Shown here piece after piece: positions 47,355-55,811 of a stretch of 64,000 bases of DNA. Under the pieces are notes generated by a model. The model made no database searches. It had not been told where the DNA came from and saw only the letters and a list, made by a program, of their open reading frames with translations. The DNA is taken from positions 101,830-165,829 of the forward strand of contig CAUWBF010000003.1 of NCBI GenBank assembly GCA_963557785.1, written 5' to 3'. The DNA comes from an uncultured Clostridia bacterium (lineage in GTDB: Bacteria; Bacillota; Clostridia; TANB77; CAG-508). Position 1 is the first letter of the stretch, and each line of letters begins with the position of its first letter. The position numbers were made by a program, and so were the translations under genes.

Positions 47355-47718
47355 ATGTTACTCCCTCTCTAGTTTTGGTTTTTTCGAGCTATTTTTACTT
47401 TCCGCTCGCGCAATATATATTTATTAATATAATTTTAACGAATTTTGTCATAAAAATAAATGGTATATATTGTATGTAAAACCTGTATTTACTAGGGATT
47501 TTGCTTTTGAGAGAAATGTCACATTTGCTTAGTATTTTTATTACTTTGTAACAATCAAATGTAAAATTTATTTTTTGTGTACAAAAAATGTACCAAAAAA
47601 ACGTGTATTAAATCTTTTAAAAGCGTTGATTTTTATATTGTTTTACCTGTTTTAAATCTTTTTGTGTATTTCATCTTAAAAATCTTGTAATAATCCACCT
47701 TTTTCAGTTATGCGTAAG

Positions 47719-47762
47719 AAAAGAGGCAATTTATTATAAATACTAAATAAATTACCTCTTTT
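47719..47762 (-). terminator. Probable intrinsic terminator of the adaptor/stalk operon
   Basis: 17-bp inverted repeat AAAAGAGG(C/T)AATTTATT; the single mismatch is a G-U pair on the minus strand; short T tail. Confidence 0.6.
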
Positions 47763-47789
47763 TTAAACTTTTCTCATTTTTTTACACGC

Positions 47790-47833
47790 AACTAATAGAG
47801 TTAAAAATTCTCATCTTTTTAGCTCTATTAGTT
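47790..47833. repeat. 18-bp inverted repeat (hairpin)
   Basis: AACTAATAGAGTTAAAAA...TTTTTAGCTCTATTAGTT, one mismatch. Confidence 0.75.
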
Positions 47834-47857
47834 TTAAAATATTCATCTTTTGTTTAC

Positions 47858-47892
47858 ATATAAATATTATGTAGAACACATAATATTTATAT
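47858..47892. repeat. Perfect 15-bp AT-rich inverted repeat
   Basis: ATATAAATATTATGT-agaac-ACATAATATTTATAT. Confidence 0.75.
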
Positions 47893-47997
47893 TTTGATAT
47901 AAAATCCAAGTTTTGATATAAATTCTTATTAATTTTTAGATATTAAATTTACTTTTTAGTTGCTTTTTATTTTTTATTTAATTTTATTATTGTTCTA

Positions 47998-50900
47998 TTA
48001 TTTTTCGATTCTTATTTCGAATTCTCCATCTTCATATTCTACTATTGTTTCTAATTCTTCGCTGTCTAATTTAATTTTTAATGTTTCTTTATCTAATTTC
48101 TTAGATATATTTTTATCTAATACTACAACTATGTTCTTATCTGGGGCATTTTGAACATATTTGCTTATATCGATAACTTTTTCATCTTCGTCTAATCTTT
48201 CTTTTCCAACTAAGATTAATTCATCTTCGTCTTCTTCATAAACTTTAACGTTATTTTTTCTTTTTAGAATGAATACTAATGCCACTAATGCTACAATTCC
48301 TAATCCAGAAATTGTTACTGTTTTTACAATTGTACTACTGTTAGCTTCATTGTTTCCATCTGCATTTTCAGCTTTTTCACCTAATGTAACGTCTTTGTTT
48401 ATGTCATTATTATTTTCTTTATCTTTATTTTCACTTGCATTTGAATTTGTATCTTCTTCTGAAATATTATCTTCAATTCCTCCGATTACATCTTCTACAA
48501 CTGTTTCTGTTGAATTTGAAACTGGTTTTGTTGGTTTCTTTGGTTTTGTAGGTTTTACTGGTTTTTCTTCTTCTGGTTCTTCTACTACAACTTCTTTTAC
48601 AACTACTGTTAATTGTGCTTCTAATCCTTGATATTTAACTGTTATAATTTGTGCTCCTACTTTATTTGGATCAAATCCAGATATCATATCGTTTGTAATA
48701 TCAAAATTATATACACCACTATCTTTTATAATTGTAATTTTTCCACCTGCAAGTTCAATTGATTCACCTTTAATATATTCAACTTTATTTGGTAGGCTAT
48801 TTATCGCCATAGATAATATATCATCTATTACTGATACTTGGAATTCTCCTGGAGTATCTCCATACATTGCTGTTAGAGTTTGTTTTCCAACAACTTTATT
48901 ATTAAATTTAGTTACCATTTCTGGTGTTACGTATACAACTTTGTTAACTTTTCCACTTGCTAACATCTCTGTGAATTTAGCTCCTGTTAAGTCTAACTCT
49001 TCGCCATATCTGTACTCTGTTTTTTCTGGTTTAGTAAATACTACTTCTTTTACATAATCTTCAACCATTACTGGGAAAGTTGTAGTTTTTGTTTCTTCAC
49101 CATCGTTGTATGTTACTGTAATTATTTGTTCTCCAAGTTTATTTGGATTGTATCCGCTTACCATACTTGATGTTACATCAATTATTTCATAAGCGTCGCT
49201 TTCATTTGTTACTCTTAATTTAGCTCCTGTTAGGTCTAAGCTTTCACCATATTTGTATTGTGTTTTTGGTAAGCTTTCCATTCTAACTTCTGCTAATTTA
49301 TCTACTACTTGTACTACAAAGTTTTTATTAAATCCTTCGTATGTTACTTTAACTGTTTGATTTCCTAATTTTGTCTTATCGTAACCACTAACCATTGAAC
49401 TTGTTAAAGCTTTTGTCTCTTGTGCTCCACTAGCCATTGTTACTTTTAATGAACCACCAGTTAAATCTAATTCTTCTTTTACTATGTATAATGCTTTATT
49501 TGGCGCTGTAAGCTCTATACCTGTTACATAATCTATTACATTTACTTCTATTTTCTTAGTAAATCCTTCTACGTTAACTGTAATTTCTTGTTTTCCTAAT
49601 TTTGTTGGGTTATATCCAGTAATCATAGAATTATTAATTTGTACTGTTTTTGTTTCACCACTTAAGTTTTCTACTAATGCTGTAGCATTGCTTAAGTCTA
49701 GGCTTGATCCATATTTATAGTCTTTTGCAGCTATTGAATCTATTGTAAATGTAACATCTTTAACTTTATCAACAACTACTACACCAAAGTCTGAACTAAA
49801 TCCTGCATATTCTGCTGTAACTGTTTGTGCTCCAAGTTGATTTTTATTATATCCTGTTATTGTTACTCTAGAATCTGTTAAATATACATCTTCTGCAGAA
49901 TTTCCACTCTTCATAGTAATTCTGAAATAACTATCTGTTAAGTCTAAGTTTGATCCATAGTTATATTCTACTTTACTTGGTGCTACTAATGTTGCTCCAA
50001 TAATATAGTCTTCAACTGTGTATTCAAATTTATCTGTTTTTGTTACTCCATCAAATGTGTATGATATTGTTGCATCTCTAGTAGTTCCTTCTGCTGTTAA
50101 TTGTGTTGTTATAAATCCAGTTATCATATCTTCTGTTATAGCTATTTCTTCATATCCAGATAATTTTGTAATTCCTAATTTAGCTCCTTTTAGGTCTAAA
50201 TTTTCACCAAATTTATATGCTGTTTTTGGTATTCCTACTAGGGCTACACTTTCTAATCTATCTTTTACTTCTACATCAAATGTATTATCAAAACCTTCAT
50301 ATGTTACAGTAATTGTTTGTGTTCCAAGTTGATTTTTATTATATCCTGTTACAGTTACTCTACTATCTGTTAAGTCTATATCTGCTACTGGTGTAGCACT
50401 TGCCATTGTTATACTTAGACTTGCATCTGATAAGTCTAATTCTTCTCCTAAGTAATATGTTTTATCACTTGGTTCATTTAATGTAACTGCTGATATGTAA
50501 TCTTCTACTGTATAGTTAAATGATGCTGTTTTTTCTACTCCATCATATGTGTATTTAATTGTTACAGTTCTTGGATTTCCTGCTGTTGTTAATTGTGTTG
50601 ATGTAAATCCGCTTATCATATCATCTGTTATTGATACAATTGTATCTCCAGATAATTTACTTACTTTTAACTTAGTTCCATTTAAATCTAAGTTTTCACC
50701 AAATTTGTAAGCTGTTTTTGGTGTTCCTACTAGGGCTACACTTTCTAGTCTATCTTTTACTTCAATATTGTATGAAGTTGTTAGTTTTTCACCTTTTTCA
50801 TTAGTTATTTCAATATTTATTGCTTTTGTTCCAGTAGATGATGCATCAAATCCTGTTACTGTTACTCTACTATCTGTTAAAGCTATATCAGATGCTGGTG

Positions 50901-53900
50901 TTCCACTGGCCATAGTTATAACTAAGTATCCATCAGATATATCAAATTCGCTTGCTGCATCATTTAAGTAATATGTTTGTTTTGTTGGTTTCTTTAATGA
51001 TGCTATTTCTTTAATATAGTCTGATACTGTATAGTTAAATGATGCTGTTTTTTCTACTCCATCTTCTATTTTTGTTACTGTTGCTGTTCTTGTTGTTCCT
51101 TCTGCTGTTAGACTTGTTGTTGAGAATCCATCAAAATCATTTGCTGTTAAAGTAATTTCTTCGTCATTTTTTAATCTATCTATAGATAGTTTTGCTCCAT
51201 TTAATTCTATTGGATCTCCCCATCTATATGCTGTTTTTGGTGTTCCTATTATTGCTATTCCTTCTAATCTATCTTTTACTTCTATTTCAAATGTTTTTGT
51301 AATTCCTGCATATTTTACAGTAATTGTTTGTGTTCCTAAGTTTGATGGTCTTGCTATATATCCTGTTACTTCTACTTCACTATTGCTTAGGTCTACTATT
51401 GGTTGAGTAATACCACTCTTCATTATTTTTTGAACAGTTCCACCTGCTAAGTCTAGGTTTTCTAATAATCCATAGTAGTATGTCTTTTTAATTGGTTCTG
51501 TTAATACTATATCTTCTACTTGATCTGCTACTGTATATGTAAATGTTGTTGTAGATGTTTTTATTGGGTCATCACCATCTGCATAAGAATATGATATTGT
51601 TGCTGTTCTTGGTGTTCCATTTGTTAATGCATTTGAACCACTTGTATAGAAATCATTTCCTACCATATCATTTGTTAGTGCGATAGTTTCTGATTTGCTT
51701 AAGTAATTTACTTTTACTTGAGCTCCATTTGCATCAAAATTATCTCCATAGATATAGTTTTGTTTTGGTGTTCCTATAAGTTCTATAGAAACTAATTCAT
51801 CTCTAACATCTACAGTAAATTGTTTTTCAAAATTTGCATAGCTTACAGTAATTATCTGTTTTCCTAATCTATTTGGTGTGTATTCTGTATATGTTACACC
51901 TGTAGCTGATAATCCAATTGCTAAAACATCTGCACCACTTGCCATTATTTTCTTAACTGATCCACCTGTTATATCTAACTTAGCATCAGTATTATTTGTA
52001 TATGAATATCTTGTTTTTGTTGGTGGTACAAGCTCTATTCCTGTAACATAGTCATTTACTGTATATTGATAGTTAAAGCTATAACCTTCAACTACATTAA
52101 TTGTTAATGTTCTACTTCCACTTGGTTCACTTTCTGTTAAAGTACTTGAATCAAATCCTTGTACCATGCTACTTGTAATTTGTTTTTCGCTTCCGTTAGG
52201 ATTTGCTTTACTCTTTATAACATAGTATGCTCCGTTTGCATCAAAGCTTTCTCCAAATTTATATTCTTTTTTAATATCATTTACTAATGTTACGCTTTCT
52301 ATTTCATCTGTTATAGTAATATTGAATGTTTCTGTTTTTCCAGCATATTCAACTGTTACTGGTACAGTTCCTATTTGTTTTGTTATTGTATCTTTATTTG
52401 GTATTGTTACTGCAGCGTCTGTTAAATCTACTGTAGTTTCTGCACCACTTGCCATTATTTTCTTAACTGATCCACCATCTAAAACTAAGGCATCTCCGTA
52501 TCCATAGTTTGTTTTTGTTGGTGCTGTTACTTCTATTCTATCTACATAGTCATTTACTTTTACTTGATATGTGCATCCTTTTGTTACACCATCTCTAGTA
52601 TATGTAACATTTATAGTTTGATTTCCTAGTATAGTTGCACTATATCCATCTATATTACAATCACTTAAATCTATAACTTCTGTAGCTCCACTTTCTTTTG
52701 TTAATGTTACTTTTCCACCTGTTGTAGTGAATATATCTCCATAGTTATATTCAGTTTTTGGCATTGTTGTTACAGATATTGCTGTTATTTTGTCTATTAT
52801 ATTAATGTCATAATGTGTCTCAGCTGTTTCAAAAGATTCACTATATGTTTCTTTATATGTTACAGTTAATCTTTGATTTTTTACTTCTGCTGATGAGTCA
52901 AATCCTGTAATTGTTACTCCTGAATCTCCTAAACTCTTAGATTCTGTTGCTCCACTTTGTCTTGTTATTAGGATTGTTCCATTTTTGTTTAATGATCCAT
53001 TTATTTTATATTCTTGTTGTGGATTTGTTTCCATTGCTATACTTACAAGTTTATCTACTACTGTTACATCTACTGTAACTGTAGCTGTTTTTCCTTGATA
53101 AGATACAACTAAATCTTGAGCTCCTGTTTGCTCTTTATTATAGTTAGTAATCATATCTCTTGTAATATCTATTGTTTGATTTCCACTACCATATGTTACT
53201 TTTAATTTAGCTCCTGTTAGGTCTAATTCTTCTCCCCAACCATATTCTTTTTTAGTTGGTTGGCTAGTTACTTCTATAGCTTTTACTTGGTCTGCAATGT
53301 TTACATTGTATGTTGTAGTTTTTGTTACATCATTTTCTGTATATGTTACTGTTAAAGTTTGGTTTCTTGCTTCTGCACTTGAGTTAAAACCACTTACCCA
53401 GCTACTTTCTATTGCTTTATCTTCTGTTCCAACTTGTCTTGTTATTGTAATTTCTCCATTTGAAACATCTAATGTATCATTTACATTATATTCTTGTTTT
53501 GGAGCTGTTTTTATTGAAATTCCTGTGATTTCGTTTACTATTGTTACATTGTATGTTGTTGTTTCTCCACCATAATGTATTGTTAATGGTTTTGTAACTG
53601 TTGTTTGTCCATCTGGGAATGTTACATTTGAGTTGAAATTGCTTCCATCTGATTCTTTTACCATGCTTGCTGTTATTGTTTCTTCTGTAGAAGCAGCTCC
53701 TGATGCCCAGTTTACTGTTATTACTCCGTTTGATACGTCTAAGCTATCTCCATAAGCATATCTTGTTTTTGGTGTTGTTTTTACAGTGATTGATGATACA
53801 ACATCTGCTACATTTACTGTAACTTTTGTTTGTACTCCATCGTATTCTACTGTTATGTCTTGATCTCCTATTACATTTGAATTAAATGTAGATACTATCA

Positions 53901-55791
53901 TACTTTGTGTTAATGTAACTGGTGTACCTTTTGCTCCACTATATAATATAGGTGTTACTGTTGCTCCTGATATATCTAGAGCATCTTTATATTTGTAACT
54001 TGTTTTCATTCCAGTTACTTCTAAACTTTTTACTGTATCTAATACTGTAACATCAAATGTTGTTGTTTTTCCTTTGTATGATACTGTTAATGTTTGTGTT
54101 CCTGTCTTTGTATTATCATATCCTGAAATCATACTTGTTGTTAAACTTGCTTTAGATACTCTGTTTGTGGATTTACGTACTTCATAAACATATGATCCTG
54201 TAAGATTTAATTCTTCTTCAGGGTTATATGTTGATTGTGGTAATGGGTCTACAACTATTGCTACAACTGGATCTGTTACTGTTACATTATATGCTGTTGT
54301 TTTTCCTAAATAACTAACTGTTAATGTTTGTGTTGTTGCATTTGTTTTATCATATCCTGTTATTGTTACACTTCCATTTGAGAATGGAACTGGACTTAAT
54401 GTTGAACCACTTGTTGTTTTTACTATAACTTGTCCTTGAGTTTTGTCTAATTCGTCTCCCCATTCATATGCTGTTTTTGCATTTTGTACAGTAATTTCTT
54501 TTACTGTATCATTTACCATTATATCAATATCTTTTGTTGCACCTTCATAAGTTAATGTTATTCTTTGTCTACCTTTATCTAATCCTTCTGTTGTTGTTCC
54601 TGTTTTTTCAAAGTTTGCTGAATTTACGTCAGCTATTGTTTCACTAACTGTTACATTTGTATTAGGTAATGAGATTGGACTTAATACTACACCACTTTTT
54701 GTTGTTGGTGTTATTTGAGCTCCTGCTAATTCTATTGTTTCTCCTTGGTTATATGTTTGTTTTGTTGGTTGTGCAGTTACTTCTATAGAAGCAACTGGAT
54801 CTGTTACTGTTATAGCGTATTCAATTGGATATGTTACTGAGTCTTTTGTAAATGTTCCTGTTACTTTTGTATCTCCTACAGATACTTCTGTTTTATCTAA
54901 TGTGATATCTGAAGATGTACTCATATCTACTGTATCAAATGATCCATCTGTATAAGTTATTGTAATTTCTCCACCTGATAATTCTATTGAATCTCCGTGT
55001 TCATATGCTACTTTAGTAGGTGTTGTTGTTACAGCTACAGATTGAACATTTTTAACATTTTCTGAAGTTACAAATCCGTCATATTTTACATAAGATAAAT
55101 CTGTAAGTTCTCCATCTGAACCGTCATTTGCTGTATATACTATATCCAAACCTGTTTCTGTTCTAGCATTTCCATTAAATGCTATTAAATCTTTTGTTAA
55201 TGTAGATTCAGTTATATTTTCATCTAACACTGCAAATCTAATATTATATAGTGGAATAAATCCATTATATCCTTCTGGTAAATCGTATCCATAATCTCCT
55301 AGTAATCCATCATTTACAAAATTTACTGGATTATATGCTTCCATTGTACTTGCATTTACTGTTATTCTTCCTGTTGATGGATCTATACTTGTTAATGTTT
55401 CTGATCCATAATTAGTTGTATAAATATCTGACATTTCTTCTGTCATATATTTTCTAATCCTAATTTTAGTAGCTATTTCTGAACCACTTAGTTTATTATA
55501 AGAAGAATCTACTAATGCTAATTTACTTGTGTTGTATTTTAATTCTAAGTCTATAACTGTTGGTAAATAGTCACCTGTGATACCTACTAATAAATAGAAA
55601 TATCTTACATCTTCTACAGTTTCTATATTACCAGTTCTTCTTAGGAATAAATAATCTTGATTTTTATCAAGTTCATTTTGTCCCGCTGCATAACTTTTAT
55701 TTAGTAATATGCTATATGGTGAAAACATATCTGCTAAAATAAAAATTATAAGTAAAATTGAAATAAGTTTTGTTTTTACTTGTCCTTTCAT
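47998..55791 (-). CDS. Membrane-anchored surface stalk protein: cohesin-like N-terminal domain, ~26 bacterial Ig-like (Big_3-type) repeats, TM helix, cytoplasmic domain
   Basis: RBS AAAGGGAG upstream; signal peptide; IDLELKYNTSKLALVD...IDPSTGRITV...LYNIRFAVL head; repeats PxKTxYxxG(E/D)xLDLxG...ITGYxxxxxGxQTITVxY; PK-rich/acidic linker; TM ISGLGIVALVALVFIL-KRK; ~85-aa C-terminal tail. Confidence 0.9.
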   Translation of the reverse strand: MKGQVKTKLISILLIIFILADMFSPYSILLNKSYAAGQNELDKNQDYLFLRRTGNIETVEDVRYFYLLVGITGDYLPTVIDLELKYNTSKLALVDSSYNKLSGSEIATKIRIRKYMTEEMSDIYTTNYGSETLTSIDPSTGRITVNASTMEAYNPVNFVNDGLLGDYGYDLPEGYNGFIPLYNIRFAVLDENITESTLTKDLIAFNGNARTETGLDIVYTANDGSDGELTDLSYVKYDGFVTSENVKNVQSVAVTTTPTKVAYEHGDSIELSGGEITITYTDGSFDTVDMSTSSDITLDKTEVSVGDTKVTGTFTKDSVTYPIEYAITVTDPVASIEVTAQPTKQTYNQGETIELAGAQITPTTKSGVVLSPISLPNTNVTVSETIADVNSANFEKTGTTTEGLDKGRQRITLTYEGATKDIDIMVNDTVKEITVQNAKTAYEWGDELDKTQGQVIVKTTSGSTLSPVPFSNGSVTITGYDKTNATTQTLTVSYLGKTTAYNVTVTDPVVAIVVDPLPQSTYNPEEELNLTGSYVYEVRKSTNRVSKASLTTSMISGYDNTKTGTQTLTVSYKGKTTTFDVTVLDTVKSLEVTGMKTSYKYKDALDISGATVTPILYSGAKGTPVTLTQSMIVSTFNSNVIGDQDITVEYDGVQTKVTVNVADVVSSITVKTTPKTRYAYGDSLDVSNGVITVNWASGAASTEETITASMVKESDGSNFNSNVTFPDGQTTVTKPLTIHYGGETTTYNVTIVNEITGISIKTAPKQEYNVNDTLDVSNGEITITRQVGTEDKAIESSWVSGFNSSAEARNQTLTVTYTENDVTKTTTYNVNIADQVKAIEVTSQPTKKEYGWGEELDLTGAKLKVTYGSGNQTIDITRDMITNYNKEQTGAQDLVVSYQGKTATVTVDVTVVDKLVSIAMETNPQQEYKINGSLNKNGTILITRQSGATESKSLGDSGVTITGFDSSAEVKNQRLTVTYKETYSESFETAETHYDINIIDKITAISVTTMPKTEYNYGDIFTTTGGKVTLTKESGATEVIDLSDCNIDGYSATILGNQTINVTYTRDGVTKGCTYQVKVNDYVDRIEVTAPTKTNYGYGDALVLDGGSVKKIMASGAETTVDLTDAAVTIPNKDTITKQIGTVPVTVEYAGKTETFNITITDEIESVTLVNDIKKEYKFGESFDANGAYYVIKSKANPNGSEKQITSSMVQGFDSSTLTESEPSGSRTLTINVVEGYSFNYQYTVNDYVTGIELVPPTKTRYSYTNNTDAKLDITGGSVKKIMASGADVLAIGLSATGVTYTEYTPNRLGKQIITVSYANFEKQFTVDVRDELVSIELIGTPKQNYIYGDNFDANGAQVKVNYLSKSETIALTNDMVGNDFYTSGSNALTNGTPRTATISYSYADGDDPIKTSTTTFTYTVADQVEDIVLTEPIKKTYYYGLLENLDLAGGTVQKIMKSGITQPIVDLSNSEVEVTGYIARPSNLGTQTITVKYAGITKTFEIEVKDRLEGIAIIGTPKTAYRWGDPIELNGAKLSIDRLKNDEEITLTANDFDGFSTTSLTAEGTTRTATVTKIEDGVEKTASFNYTVSDYIKEIASLKKPTKQTYYLNDAASEFDISDGYLVITMASGTPASDIALTDSRVTVTGFDASSTGTKAINIEITNEKGEKLTTSYNIEVKDRLESVALVGTPKTAYKFGENLDLNGTKLKVSKLSGDTIVSITDDMISGFTSTQLTTAGNPRTVTIKYTYDGVEKTASFNYTVEDYISAVTLNEPSDKTYYLGEELDLSDASLSITMASATPVADIDLTDSRVTVTGYNKNQLGTQTITVTYEGFDNTFDVEVKDRLESVALVGIPKTAYKFGENLDLKGAKLGITKLSGYEEIAITEDMITGFITTQLTAEGTTRDATISYTFDGVTKTDKFEYTVEDYIIGATLVAPSKVEYNYGSNLDLTDSYFRITMKSGNSAEDVYLTDSRVTITGYNKNQLGAQTVTAEYAGFSSDFGVVVVDKVKDVTFTIDSIAAKDYKYGSSLDLSNATALVENLSGETKTVQINNSMITGYNPTKLGKQEITVNVEGFTKKIEVNVIDYVTGIELTAPNKALYIVKEELDLTGGSLKVTMASGAQETKALTSSMVSGYDKTKLGNQTVKVTYEGFNKNFVVQVVDKLAEVRMESLPKTQYKYGESLDLTGAKLRVTNESDAYEIIDVTSSMVSGYNPNKLGEQIITVTYNDGEETKTTTFPVMVEDYVKEVVFTKPEKTEYRYGEELDLTGAKFTEMLASGKVNKVVYVTPEMVTKFNNKVVGKQTLTAMYGDTPGEFQVSVIDDILSMAINSLPNKVEYIKGESIELAGGKITIIKDSGVYNFDITNDMISGFDPNKVGAQIITVKYQGLEAQLTVVVKEVVVEEPEEEKPVKPTKPKKPTKPVSNSTETVVEDVIGGIEDNISEEDTNSNASENKDKENNNDINKDVTLGEKAENADGNNEANSSTIVKTVTISGLGIVALVALVFILKRKNNVKVYEEDEDELILVGKERLDEDEKVIDISKYVQNAPDKNIVVVLDKNISKKLDKETLKIKLDSEELETIVEYEDGEFEIRIEK
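48600..55050 (-). repeat. ~26 tandem Big_3-type Ig repeats (~80-85 aa)
   Basis: Counted manually; near-identical DNA segments at ~50200-50270 vs ~50692-50762 and 51932-51966 vs 52442-52476. Confidence 0.85.
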
Positions 55792-55811
55792 TTTTTTATC
55801 TCCCTTTCTTT

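Noticed and set aside
47370-47415. c-di-GMP riboswitch in the giant gene leader (CGAGC...GCTCG stem), also the small TGCC/GGCA stem at ~57300-57322
   Set aside because: Short stems only; GEMM-I/II consensus elements not found.
47415-47455. Sigma-A promoter of the giant gene (ATGACA...TATATT)
   Set aside because: Spacing and consensus too poor to call in such AT-rich DNA.
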